Shown in pieces: positions 17,889-27,801 of a stretch of 64,000 bases of DNA. This DNA comes from a bacterium (GTDB lineage: Bacteria; UBA10199; 2-02-FULL-44-16; JAAZCA01): contig CAXXGI010000001.1 in the NCBI GenBank assembly GCA_963674695.2, positions 768,001-832,000 of the forward strand, read 5' to 3'. The translations under genes and the position numbers were made by a program. Within the stretch, counting starts at the first letter, position 1, and the number at the start of each line of letters is the position of its first letter. The notes beneath the pieces were generated by a model. That model searched no databases. It had not been told where the DNA came from and saw only the letters and a program-made list of their open reading frames with translations.

Positions 17889-20864
17889 ATGCGTCTGACC
17901 ATCCTCGGTAAAGCGGTCCTCTTCCTGATCTTCCTGACGATGTGGAACGCCGTGAACGGCGGGCTCAACGTCCTGTATATGCTCTATGCGGGACTGGCCG
18001 CTATCGTGTTGATCTCGCTGATCGGAAGCGTTCTCGCCGCAAGGCAGCTCACGCTTGAGATCGAACTGCCGGAACAGATCTTCACCGGCGAAGAGACGCC
18101 ACTGGCGATCACCGTGCGCAACGGGGGGTGGATTCCGCTCCACGGCCTGGCGCTTATCACCGCAACTGGGCGCATCGCCATCGGATCGCTCGCGCCGAAC
18201 GAAGCGCGCACCATCCACCTCCCCTATGCCTTTCCCCTTCGCGGGCTCACAGCGCTTACCGATCTGGCCTGCGACATTCAATTCCCCTTCGGACTCTTTG
18301 TGCGCCGCAAGGCATGCCCGCAACATGGCATCCTCGTCCTGCCCCACATGGAGCGCATCGCCGACGCTTCGCGCGAACGCGCCGTCACCCAGGAGGAGAT
18401 CGCACGACCACGCCGCGGCGCCGGCGATGACTTCTGGAGCGTGCGGGAATACGCCCCGGGAGACGATGTCCGGCTCATCAGCTGGAAGCTCTCGGCCAAG
18501 GTCGGGCGCCCGCTCATCCGCGAGTTCGCCGAGATGGTCGGCGATCGCGTCATCGTGCGCGCGAACGGCGTTCCGTTCGGTGAAGAGACCGAGCATCGCA
18601 TCGCACGGGCGGCGTCGATCGCGCGCTTCTTCATCGACGAGGGGGCCGAGGTGCGACTCGTCACCGACGAGGGGGACACAGGCTTCGGCCGTGGACTCAC
18701 GCAGCTGGCGCTCATCCTTAAACACCTCGCCCTCCTGGGAGAGGGTCGCCGGGAACGCCCCACGGGAGAAGCCGCACGCGTGCGCTGGCGCCTGCCCGAA
18801 TGGAAGGACGTTCCCACATTCACCACGCTCATCACGATCTTGTCCGGAGTCGTCGCCGCAAGCCTCTGGCTCTTGGAAGGGCTCGACCTCCCGACGAAAC
18901 TCGCCGTTGCCGCCGCCGTCCCATTGGGCCTCATCGTCAATCGCCGTGGAAAAAGCCTGCTGCCACAGAGCGTCTGGTCGGTGCTGGGGGTCTTGGCGAT
19001 CCTCGCCGTGCTCGCTATCGACATCCCCGCGCAGGGACTGCTTCCGGGGCTCACGCACCTGCTCGCATTCGCGCTGATCAATCGCTTGCTCATCCCCAAA
19101 ACGCCGCGCGATGCGGGACGCATGCTCATCATCCTCTATCTGCTCTTCCTGCTCATCTCCTGGCAAACGGTGCGACCCGCCTATCTCGTCGCCTATACGA
19201 CCTTTCTGATCCTCGGCACGATGACGCTCGCTGCGTTGGCGGGTTGGACATCACGGCTTCGCGCACGTCCGATCGTCGCGGCTGCCATGACCATCGTCCT
19301 CATACTCGCCATCGCCGGCACCGTCTTCGCCATCACGCCGAGGATCTCCAACCCACGTTTCGTGGCGATGATGCGGCGCCTGGGCCTGGCGGGAATGGTC
19401 ACGCCCGAACTCTCGATCGTGAGCTTGGCCGATCGCATGCGCCTGGGCGCCTTCGACGATGTCCGTGCGAGTACCCGGCGCGTAATGCAGGTGCGCATCG
19501 CGGGTCTCGATGATGCCAAGGATCGCGCGCTCTATGTGCGCGCCGGGGCGTTCGATCATTTCGACGGTGAGGATTGGATGCGCACGAGTCCTGATTTCGC
19601 CTACCGCTTTCACGGGCGAACGATCACGAGCACCAATGGACGCGGACTCTATGCACGCGAGGAGGGCGGGCGTTCCTTCGTCACACAGGGGTGGAACCCG
19701 AACCACGGCGGCATCGTCCAGGATTTTTACATCTATCCGATGGGGACATCGCTCATCTTCGCCATCGGCGATCCGACGAACATCCAGGGGGGAGTGGTGC
19801 AGCCGATGTTTGACGCCAGCGGGACGGTCTTCAACGCCACCCCGTTCAATCGCGGGGGACGCTACCAGGTCATCTCGCAATCGATTCCGGTGCGACTCTA
19901 TGAAGCAATCGAGGATTACGGCATGCTCTCGCATGAGACCTACCTCCAACTGCCGGCGAAGACGGATGCGCTTGCAACGCTCGCCGCTCGCCTCACGCGC
20001 GGCCGCGGCACCGCTGTTGAAAAAGCCACAGTGCTCGAAACGTATTTTCACGAGGAATTCACCTATTCCTATCTGGGGGCGCACGGCCGCCAGTCGCTCG
20101 ATGCCTTTCTCTTCGAGAGCAAGGCCGCCAACTGCGAATACTTCGCGACCGCCATGGCACTCATGCTCCGCACACAGAACGTCCCCGCCCGGCTCGTCAT
20201 CGGTTATCTCACCACCGATTGGAAATCGGTCGAGGGCTATTACGACGTGCGCAACTCCGACGGGCATGCCTGGGTCGAGGCCCTCATCCCCGGACGCGGC
20301 TGGGTCCCCTTCGATCCCACGCCAGAGCAGGTCAGCTCCCTTCCGACCGATTTCCCCCTAGGCCGCAGTGCCTATCGCTACTTACTCGGCATGCAGATGG
20401 CCTGGTATCGCTACGTCATCGGCTATGACCTCTCCCTGCAGCGCAATGCCCTGGCCTCCCTACTCTCGCGCTGGCGCGATATCGCAATCTTCGCCGCATT
20501 GGCGCTGGCCGCAATCATCGGAGCGATTATCCTCACGCTCACCCTGCGCCATCACTTTCGCCGCAAGAAGCAGACGATCTTCCTGCACCCGGCGGCGCTG
20601 ATCTACCTGAAGGCGCAGCGACAACTCGCCCGCTATGGCTTCATGCGCGCACCGGGACAGACGCCCGCACAGTTTGCGGCAACGATTGCGGAAACAAATC
20701 CAAATTTGAGTGTGGTGGAGGAATTTACTCAGGCCTACTATCGCGCGCGCTATGCGAACGATACCGCACAGCCCCTCGCACAGCTCCTGCATGATCTCGG
20801 TGTGACGCTCAAACGGTATGCGGAACGCTCGTATGAATGGCGTCGCCGCAAACCCTCCTCCTAG
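17889..20864 (+). CDS. DUF58 fused to DUF3488/TgpA-type transglutaminase-like membrane protein
   Basis: DUF58 motifs FPFGLF, VREYAPGDD, ISWKLSAK; multi-TM region; transglutaminase triad NCEYFATAM / GHAWVE / FDPTP. Confidence 0.88.
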   Translation: MRLTILGKAVLFLIFLTMWNAVNGGLNVLYMLYAGLAAIVLISLIGSVLAARQLTLEIELPEQIFTGEETPLAITVRNGGWIPLHGLALITATGRIAIGSLAPNEARTIHLPYAFPLRGLTALTDLACDIQFPFGLFVRRKACPQHGILVLPHMERIADASRERAVTQEEIARPRRGAGDDFWSVREYAPGDDVRLISWKLSAKVGRPLIREFAEMVGDRVIVRANGVPFGEETEHRIARAASIARFFIDEGAEVRLVTDEGDTGFGRGLTQLALILKHLALLGEGRRERPTGEAARVRWRLPEWKDVPTFTTLITILSGVVAASLWLLEGLDLPTKLAVAAAVPLGLIVNRRGKSLLPQSVWSVLGVLAILAVLAIDIPAQGLLPGLTHLLAFALINRLLIPKTPRDAGRMLIILYLLFLLISWQTVRPAYLVAYTTFLILGTMTLAALAGWTSRLRARPIVAAAMTIVLILAIAGTVFAITPRISNPRFVAMMRRLGLAGMVTPELSIVSLADRMRLGAFDDVRASTRRVMQVRIAGLDDAKDRALYVRAGAFDHFDGEDWMRTSPDFAYRFHGRTITSTNGRGLYAREEGGRSFVTQGWNPNHGGIVQDFYIYPMGTSLIFAIGDPTNIQGGVVQPMFDASGTVFNATPFNRGGRYQVISQSIPVRLYEAIEDYGMLSHETYLQLPAKTDALATLAARLTRGRGTAVEKATVLETYFHEEFTYSYLGAHGRQSLDAFLFESKAANCEYFATAMALMLRTQNVPARLVIGYLTTDWKSVEGYYDVRNSDGHAWVEALIPGRGWVPFDPTPEQVSSLPTDFPLGRSAYRYLLGMQMAWYRYVIGYDLSLQRNALASLLSRWRDIAIFAALALAAIIGAIILTLTLRHHFRRKKQTIFLHPAALIYLKAQRQLARYGFMRAPGQTPAQFAATIAETNPNLSVVEEFTQAYYRARYANDTAQPLAQLLHDLGVTLKRYAERSYEWRRRKPSS

Positions 20865-21877
20865 AAGTGCGAAGACCGAATGATACCGGAAATACAATCG
20901 CCAACGCGGCCATTTTTGAGGCGCCCCAGGAGGTCGCGAGCGAATGCTTCATCGGTCTTCAGTTGCTGCTTCAGTTCAGGCATTTCATCGAAGGCATCAA
21001 GACCATAGGCATCGAGATAGGCCGCGATGACCTCCGGACGCTGCTGCATCTTTTTGGAGAGCTGTTTATACACGCCTCGATCGACCTTCACCGCTTTGAC
21101 CGCAAATGGAATGCTATTGCGATAGGGTGAAAAACGCGGCACCTTGATCAGGTTCGGCGTTGTTTCTATCGCTGTTAACAGAAGCTTCTCACAGGTGGCG
21201 CGATCATTCACAATCTTGTCTCCGACGAACATCAGCGCCATGCCGTCTTGTTTCGCCACCATCTTGAGCAACAGGAGATGGTTCTGTCCCTGGGGAAGCT
21301 TCTGCAGGAGAAACGGCTTCACTTTCAGAATCTTCCGCATCATCGGATAGGCGTCCGTCATATCCGCTTTAGGAACGAGCGAGAGCGCAAACTCCTCTTC
21401 AACCTTTACCAGTTCCCCTATGACGGAGGACTGCGAACCCTTCTCCCGCAATCGCTCGAGAAGACGCTGACGATCAGAGGTTGAGAGCTTATCTCTATTT
21501 CGATACGCGGTAGAGATCAGCTCAACATCAGAGGCTTTCGTCTCATCGAGCGAGAGATACAGCATGGGGCGACGGGCCAATCCCTCCCTGAGCTCATCAT
21601 GTGAACGACAGGGGAGAATATTTCCGATGACGTATTCCTTCCACTGTTCTACGCCTGCAAAACGAGCACCACCCGAAATACGATCCCACGTCAGGGGATT
21701 CACGCCAAAGCCCTGCTCATCGATCATCAGCAGATGATCCTGCTTCATCTCCTTGAATTCCTTTGGGCTCAAGGTCATGTCTTCATCGCGCCCAGCATAA
21801 CCCAGGTAGACCACATCATAGTTGGTCAACGTCACGCCGCTCTTTTCGACCGCATCGCAAATATTTTGAGAACCCAT
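20861..21877 (-). CDS. Hypothetical protein with DUF4116-like repeats
   Basis: KQDGMALMFV..KIVNDR and AVKAV...YKQLSKKMQQRPEVI resemble DUF4116 repeats; no signal peptide. Confidence 0.65.
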   Translation of the reverse strand: MGSQNICDAVEKSGVTLTNYDVVYLGYAGRDEDMTLSPKEFKEMKQDHLLMIDEQGFGVNPLTWDRISGGARFAGVEQWKEYVIGNILPCRSHDELREGLARRPMLYLSLDETKASDVELISTAYRNRDKLSTSDRQRLLERLREKGSQSSVIGELVKVEEEFALSLVPKADMTDAYPMMRKILKVKPFLLQKLPQGQNHLLLLKMVAKQDGMALMFVGDKIVNDRATCEKLLLTAIETTPNLIKVPRFSPYRNSIPFAVKAVKVDRGVYKQLSKKMQQRPEVIAAYLDAYGLDAFDEMPELKQQLKTDEAFARDLLGRLKNGRVGDCISGIIRSSHF

Positions 21878-21910
21878 AATTCCTCCATCGCTACCCCGGC
21901 CTCACCGTTA

Positions 21911-21936
21911 TTATCGGCACACAATGCATAATGTTT
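21911..21936 (-). promoter_or_regulatory. Sigma28-like promoter motif copy
   Basis: Minus strand AAAC-N14-GCCGATAA (perfect sigma28 -10). Confidence 0.65.
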
Positions 21937-22072
21937 CTCCATTTATGGAGGAACACGCCATTTTCCGTTTTCATTTGAGAACACTGCAGGAAATAAAATG
22001 ACGGAGCGACCCGCACATAACGTTAGAACGTCTCGCGCGGAAACGGGATAGCGGGACAACACGACATCGAAA

Positions 22073-23659
22073 TTACGGCTTCAGGATGGCATCGATATTC
22101 GTCACTTCATGAATGGCATCGAGCGCAGTTCCGTCGAGGTATTTGGTGACGCCGACGACCCGATCGCCGAATTCCGGCGCAACCGACTGCGGAAATGCGG
22201 CCGCATTCTCATCGGCCTTGGCGATCGCCTCGTCCATCGTGAGGAAGGCGACCTCCATCTGCTTCATGCGCTGAGCCAACTCCCGGTTACGCTCGGCGTT
22301 CGGATTCGCCTTCGTATCGTTGACGATCATCCCCTCGGGCGTCATGACGAAGTCGACGCAATAGCGGCCCGGCGTCGAGATGGTGGTGACGCGCTCACGC
22401 ACGATGCGATTCCCCTTCCGGTTGAGCGGCGCCTGCACGATAGTCACCGCCGCGCCGCGCGCGACCTCCTGGTGCCCGCCGATCGCCTTGGCCGGAATGC
22501 CGTTGGAAAACGTCGTCACGTTGACATCGAAGTGACGATCCACCTCGATGGCGCCCAAGAGCCCCACATCGAGAAGTCCCGTCACCGGCGCACGATAGGG
22601 CGAACCATACTGAAACATATCCATCGGCGTCGTGACACTCCACATCGAACGCATCGTGATCGCCGACATCCGATCAAAGCACTGGCCGTTGAAGAGCTGG
22701 TGCACGAGCCCTGCGTTCACGGCGGCGATGAGATCGCCCGTGATCCCGCCGATCATCATGTCGATCTGGATCCCCTCGGCGGCGAGATAATCGATGGCAG
22801 CCAGCCCCACGCCTGAGCCGAGCTGCACACAGGGGTTGCGCCCCTTGATTTCGAGTGCTTTGACCACCGCGACGATGTTCCCGAGCGCCCGCGCGCGTTC
22901 CGGACTGATGCCGCCCGTCACCGTCTCGCCGGAGTCGAGGCCATGGTTGTCGCCGATGGAGGCGATCTCGACGACGTCGGTCACCTGCTGCATGCTGATC
23001 GTGAGAAAGGGGGAAACGCCGCGCACGAGTCGGTCGGTGACGACGACGAAGCCCTTGCGCGCAAAACGCGCATCCGGCGCCATGAAGGAGAGGAACCCGA
23101 ACATCGAATTCGGCCTTCCGCGCCAACCGTTGCAGTTTCCGAAGCGATCGGACTGACTGGCCGCGCAGAAGGCGACATCGATCTCGAGCTGCCCCGTCTC
23201 GATATCGGCCGCGCGCCCCGAATGGCTGCGCGTCTCGAAGATGCCCGACATGCCGCCGCTCGCGACGAGATGGCCCAACGCCCCACGCACAGAACCCCCC
23301 TTGATCTGGGTGATCACACCCTTCTCGATCGCCTCCATGATGATCGGGATATGACAGGGAAAGAGCGAAGTAGGTGCGAGCGCAAGATCGTGAAACCCCA
23401 TGTCGATGATCTCGCGCAGAACCTGCGCCAGGACCCCATCGCCGTTGCGCAGCTGGTGGTGAAACGAGATCGTATCGCCGTCCTTCAGTTCGGTACGCTC
23501 GATCGCCGCGCGCACGCTGGGGCGCACCTTCGGCTCGGTCACGCTCCCCCGATAGACCTCCGGGATGAACCGTGGCGGACATTCGAGCTCGGGCCCTTTG
23601 AAGGGGCGATATTCGGCAGGGATGTCACGCCCGAGGGCGTTTGGAATCGGTCGGGGCAT
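22073..23659 (-). CDS. citF: Citrate lyase alpha subunit (CitF)-like CoA/ACP-transferase
   Basis: NALGRDIP, TISFHHQLRNGD, RSHSGR, LGAIEVDRHFDVNV, IGGHQE, TPG..VD. Confidence 0.8.
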   Translation of the reverse strand: MPRPIPNALGRDIPAEYRPFKGPELECPPRFIPEVYRGSVTEPKVRPSVRAAIERTELKDGDTISFHHQLRNGDGVLAQVLREIIDMGFHDLALAPTSLFPCHIPIIMEAIEKGVITQIKGGSVRGALGHLVASGGMSGIFETRSHSGRAADIETGQLEIDVAFCAASQSDRFGNCNGWRGRPNSMFGFLSFMAPDARFARKGFVVVTDRLVRGVSPFLTISMQQVTDVVEIASIGDNHGLDSGETVTGGISPERARALGNIVAVVKALEIKGRNPCVQLGSGVGLAAIDYLAAEGIQIDMMIGGITGDLIAAVNAGLVHQLFNGQCFDRMSAITMRSMWSVTTPMDMFQYGSPYRAPVTGLLDVGLLGAIEVDRHFDVNVTTFSNGIPAKAIGGHQEVARGAAVTIVQAPLNRKGNRIVRERVTTISTPGRYCVDFVMTPEGMIVNDTKANPNAERNRELAQRMKQMEVAFLTMDEAIAKADENAAAFPQSVAPEFGDRVVGVTKYLDGTALDAIHEVTNIDAILKP

Positions 23660-23737
23660 GGTTTTCTCCTCTCAATGAGAGTTGAGCCTGCCCTATTTGC
23701 AAAATTTTGTCGAGGGGGGGGAATGGCTGATCAAAGC

Positions 23738-24580
23738 CTACTCACCGCGGATGGTATCCCAGATGCGCTGCCAAATCGGCTTCTTCGGCATCTTCGATTC
23801 GATCATCTCACGCATGGCTTCCTGCGCGGGCGGGTGCCATCCCTTTGCACGGTCGATAGCAACGAGTGCTTTGTCGTACTGCTCGTTCTGGAAATATACA
23901 AAAGCGAGCGTATGAAAATAGTTTCCCCTGTGGATGACCTTGGACTGAGGATCCATGCCGCTCGCAACTCTCTCCTCCAGTTCGACGGCGCGCTCGGCAT
24001 ATCGGATCGCCTTCGGGAGGTTCTGTTTGCGAAAGGCTTCATCGTCGGAGCTGGCGATGATCCATGCAGCGTTGTTCAGCTGGAGTTCGTCTTCATGAAA
24101 ACGCGGATTCGACTCGGCATGTGCAAGGACCTCGGCGTCGCTCTTGCGCGATCCAAAAGCGAAGGGATCTCCATCCGATGACAGCTCGCATCCCTCCATC
24201 GTGCGGCCTTGGCAGAACGCATCGAGCGCCTCGGGCGAGAGCTCGTCGATTCCGATGACATCGACGATGAGGGAGCGCGCCTCCTCCGGTGAGACGAAAT
24301 ACGAGGGCTTGGTCGTGAGCATCCCGAGGTAGAGGCGCTGCACGTCGATCGCAGAGAGATCTTTCCAGACCGCGCCGTCGTCGCGAAGGACACTCGCCCC
24401 TCCGTCGCCCGCATCCGGAAAATCGGAGATCTCGACGAGACCATCGCCCATCTCTTCGCCAGCAGTCATCCCCAGACCATACGGCGGGCAGATTCCCTTG
24501 GGATCACCCTCGCGATCCATCTTCTTCACGAATGGATAGCGATCGATGTGTTCTTCTTTGATACAGGAGAGCATTGGCAT
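23738..24580 (-). CDS. Hypothetical protein with C-terminal TPR
   Basis: LNNAAWII...KAIRYAERAVEL...HTLAFVYFQNEQYDKAL TPR pattern; RBS ggagg. Confidence 0.7.
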   Translation of the reverse strand: MPMLSCIKEEHIDRYPFVKKMDREGDPKGICPPYGLGMTAGEEMGDGLVEISDFPDAGDGGASVLRDDGAVWKDLSAIDVQRLYLGMLTTKPSYFVSPEEARSLIVDVIGIDELSPEALDAFCQGRTMEGCELSSDGDPFAFGSRKSDAEVLAHAESNPRFHEDELQLNNAAWIIASSDDEAFRKQNLPKAIRYAERAVELEERVASGMDPQSKVIHRGNYFHTLAFVYFQNEQYDKALVAIDRAKGWHPPAQEAMREMIESKMPKKPIWQRIWDTIRGE

Positions 24581-24837
24581 GGAAGAACCTCCATAGAAAA
24601 TTGTGTTTGGGGCAACCTCACTATCCCCCATCCGCGGTACCCCTGATCCATATCTCATGAAAATCAGAACAAGGATTTGTTACAAAGAGAAAACCGTCGA
24701 CAACGGCAGCACCTCATCATCCTGACGAGGCGGAGCCCAGCAGATCGCGCTCGTCTCGTCGTAGAAGTCCTGCGCGGAAAAGACGTCGCGCGCTTCGGAT
24801 TGAATCTTTTCGACCATAAATGATTCCTCTTCTACTC

Positions 24838-25689
24838 CTAGAAGTCGCTCACGTCTCCGCCACCGCCGGCGGCGAAACTCACAGCTGGAAGAACAGACTG
24901 CGGCATCGGTCCGGGTTTTTTGATCTCGGGATCATGGGGGTTTCGATATTCGTTCGCCAAGCGCTGCTGCCCCGCACGAACGCGCCCGATCGCGTCCCGA
25001 ACCTGATCGGGGCTCCCCTCCCGCGCAAACATCGCGCGAAAAATATCGAGCCGCTGGGAATCTCGATTCGCTTCATTGATGAATCCAATCCCCAATCCCG
25101 CTGCGATGAGCGACATCCACGGATGCCCCATGAAGCCTATGACGGCACCGCCGAAGAACGATGCGACGGAGGCGAAGAAAGCTTTTTTCGCCAACCGTCC
25201 GGGAACAGTCTCCTCGAGCACTTCAAGCGTTCGGATGTTGTGCTCGATCTGACCGACCATCGCCTCTGCAAAGTAGTCGATGACACCGCGATTAAGAAAG
25301 CCGCATTCGCCCGCGCGCGCAAGCGTCCAGGCACGAAACCCGTGGTGGACGAAGAAATCCGGCGTACTCGGGCGAACGATCGGAACCCCCGCGCGCCCTT
25401 CGAGAACGGCCACCTTGAGCGTGCGCAGTTTCGCCGTCAATTCCTCCTGCTGATCGCTGGCGAAATCGTGCTGGGCCGTGCGGATCGCCATTGCGAGTTC
25501 CTCTCTCGCCGCGCCCTCGGCGCTACAAACGAGAGGCCCCGCACCCGCCAGATCGACTGCCTTCCAGAGGGAGAGCCCCAGCTCGCTCTCCGCCCCCATC
25601 GAATCATCAAAATCCCCATTAAAAACCTGGGCAGTCACCCCCGAAAGGTTCATGACGGGGGTAGTGTTTCCCATTCCGACCATCATCAT
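24838..25689 (-). CDS. Orphan membrane protein, distant paralog of 45551-46507 and 46847-47797
   Basis: Hydrophobic hairpin near the C-terminus; aligned blocks GVPIV / FAEAMVGQIEHNIRTL match GIPLF / LAHALGGNIYTNLCAL. Confidence 0.7.
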   Translation of the reverse strand: MMMVGMGNTTPVMNLSGVTAQVFNGDFDDSMGAESELGLSLWKAVDLAGAGPLVCSAEGAAREELAMAIRTAQHDFASDQQEELTAKLRTLKVAVLEGRAGVPIVRPSTPDFFVHHGFRAWTLARAGECGFLNRGVIDYFAEAMVGQIEHNIRTLEVLEETVPGRLAKKAFFASVASFFGGAVIGFMGHPWMSLIAAGLGIGFINEANRDSQRLDIFRAMFAREGSPDQVRDAIGRVRAGQQRLANEYRNPHDPEIKKPGPMPQSVLPAVSFAAGGGGDVSDF

Positions 25690-25710
25690 CGTTTGTCCTC
25701 CTCTCCCCGT

Positions 25711-25737
25711 TCTTCGGCATTCTTCGCAAAAAGTTGC
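25711..25737 (-). promoter_or_regulatory. Sigma28-like promoter motif copy
   Basis: Minus strand GCAAC-N14-GCCGAAGA immediately before the RBS. Confidence 0.6.
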
Positions 25738-25851
25738 GTTCTATTTGGCCACCGATCGACGGTCATCGTGGAAGCCTGAAAAACCGAAAATATCCCCCCT
25801 GTTGCGTCTTTTTAACAATGCGAAATCCTCATCGCCCGGTGTTTTTTTGAA

Positions 25852-25877
25852 CAACTTCTCCCCGCCCCCGCCGATAC
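25852..25877 (+). promoter_or_regulatory. Sigma28-like promoter motif copy
   Basis: CAAC-N14-GCCGATAC upstream of the RBS aaggag and GTG at 25915. Confidence 0.6.
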
Positions 25878-25914
25878 TGGAGAGAGAACGATCACTCTTC
25901 AAGGAGAAAGATCT

Positions 25915-26820
25915 GTGACCATCGCTGGCATCAATCCATTTGCACTTACCGGAATAACGCCATTCGAGGCCATCATTCCCCCGACCTGTTTCGCTCACTC
26001 GACCGAAAATGAGGTGGACCCCCCCCTGAATTCGCCCCCACCTGCGGATGAATGGATTCCCCCCACGCCGCCGTCACGGGAGGAGCGCGGGCAGATCGCT
26101 GCGGAACTGGGGCACGATCTCCGAGACATCTGGGAGCATTCCCGCAGACGAAACTTGAGCCTCATCCGCCTGCCGTGGGAGAAGGAACCGGAGGACGGAA
26201 CCCGCAGCTTCGAATCCTTTCGCTTCCCCACGACGACCAAAGAGATCCCCAAGACCGGCGAGATGATCGACGTCATCCTGGAGGCGCAGGCACGCCGAAA
26301 GGGATGTGCTATCGAGGAGCTGACAGTCGTGGCAGCCTTTCACGGCGGCAATGTCATGGAGATTCTGATGTGGTTGGAAAAGGGAGTTCGCGTCATCGCG
26401 GCCGACACGAGCACTTCGGCAGGCTTCAGCCTCCGTCATCGATTGAAACGAGGCGGGCATGACACGCGCCGCCTCACGACCACCAACCCGTTCTGGGCGA
26501 GAACGCCGAAGGGGGATATCGTCACGGCATGCCATCCCAACCCGAGCCCCTGGGACCTGCTGCGCTTTCCCCCTTGGAGCTATCTGCAGAATCCGGCGCG
26601 CAGCTTCACCGGCTACGGCAACCCCGGCGCCCTCTTCATCGTGCAATCTGACTATATCGATTCCTACACCGAACCGCTCATCGCCGATCCTCGATTTTCG
26701 GCGCTCCTGCACGTGCCGATCAATCCGCTGCACTATTTCTTCCCGAGCCCCTTGCTCTGGAAACGATCCGAACTCCTGATCGCGGCACACGACGAAACTT
26801 CGTCAACGCGTCAGCCCTGA
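25915..26820 (+). CDS. Hypothetical protein, possible degenerate SAM-dependent methyltransferase fold
   Basis: Pro-rich N-terminus; VVAAFHGG...GVRVIAADTS loosely resembles MTase motifs I/II. Confidence 0.6.
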   Translation: MTIAGINPFALTGITPFEAIIPPTCFAHSTENEVDPPLNSPPPADEWIPPTPPSREERGQIAAELGHDLRDIWEHSRRRNLSLIRLPWEKEPEDGTRSFESFRFPTTTKEIPKTGEMIDVILEAQARRKGCAIEELTVVAAFHGGNVMEILMWLEKGVRVIAADTSTSAGFSLRHRLKRGGHDTRRLTTTNPFWARTPKGDIVTACHPNPSPWDLLRFPPWSYLQNPARSFTGYGNPGALFIVQSDYIDSYTEPLIADPRFSALLHVPINPLHYFFPSPLLWKRSELLIAAHDETSSTRQP

Positions 26821-27539
26821 CGCCGCTTCCACAACACATCGAGCGCCGCGCCGTAGCGGGGGCCCAGGACGACGGGGTCGGTCGATTCCGGTTCGTTGTT
26901 CATCGTGACGAAGGGGACGCGCACACCGGCGAGTGTCAGGAACCCATCGCGTTTGGCCTCCGTGAGCTGCGGCCAGTCATCCTCTTTATAGAAGCGCGCC
27001 ATGTCCTCGTCGGGGCACTTGTGCGCCAAAATCGATGATTTCAGTTTCTCCTGATAACGCGCCTCGTTGCGCCGAAGGCTCTCCTGGCCCGTGACCTCGA
27101 TGTAGAGAATCGCGGCGCGCTCATAGATCTTGGGGTCGAGGCGAGCGAGTGAGGAGGCATAGGGTTTCTCGCCGCCGCGCGAAAATTCGATGAGGAGCGT
27201 TCCATCATTATAAAAGTCAGCGTTCGAGAGATACTTCCGCGCGATCTCGAAGCTGAACTTCTCCATCAGGAAATCGAAGAGATCGCCCGAGTCGAGGACA
27301 TAGCCGTTTCCGGCACGCTTGGAGTGCAGGCGTTTCCCCTTCACGCGCTCCCACAAGTCGTCCTCCTCAAACTTCTCCCAGAGCCAGACGAAATCGTCCT
27401 GCACGGTCATGCGCCCAACGTGAAAACGTTCGGCCCGCTCGCCGTCGGAGAGCTTGCTCATAAAATCGAGGAATTCCGACTTTCCCGACGCCGGACGGCC
27501 CAACACGAAAAGATGATCGAATGTGCGCTCCATTGCCAC
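26811..27539 (-). CDS. P-loop NTPase of unknown function (paralog 2)
   Basis: Walker A GRPASGKS; clear paralog of 27802-28539. Confidence 0.8.
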   Translation of the reverse strand: MAMERTFDHLFVLGRPASGKSEFLDFMSKLSDGERAERFHVGRMTVQDDFVWLWEKFEEDDLWERVKGKRLHSKRAGNGYVLDSGDLFDFLMEKFSFEIARKYLSNADFYNDGTLLIEFSRGGEKPYASSLARLDPKIYERAAILYIEVTGQESLRRNEARYQEKLKSSILAHKCPDEDMARFYKEDDWPQLTEAKRDGFLTLAGVRVPFVTMNNEPESTDPVVLGPRYGAALDVLWKRRQG

Positions 27540-27688
27540 CTCCCCTTCCCCCAGGGCCTGTGCCTACCACTAAAACGCCCAACCCCGCAAGTCGAACGAA
27601 AGCCCGCGTCGAAAGGCTGCGGTCATGCTCCAGACGGCTGAGATGCCCTGCATATGCGCTTTCGCTCCGCTCGCACGTTTTGGCGTAT

Positions 27689-27735
27689 GAAGAAAAAGCC
27701 GTCTCGGCGGCGTGTAAGCCGAGACGGCGGTCCCC
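27689..27735. repeat. 47-bp dispersed hairpin repeat (second copy inverted at 36297-36343)
   Basis: gaagaaaaagccgtc(tc/ga)ggcggcgtgtaagccgagacggcggtcccc, 45/47 identical. Confidence 0.85.
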
Positions 27736-27801
27736 TCCAGAGATTTTCCCGAACGATGGCTCAAAACCACACTTCAGCAGAAGGCCGAAATGAAGCGGCA
27801 T

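Noticed and set aside
24650-24683. Sigma28-like motif upstream of 23738-24580 (and of 38946-39914)
   Set aside because: Half-sites (GTAAC, TGAGATAT) are present but the spacing does not fit N14-15, so they were not counted.
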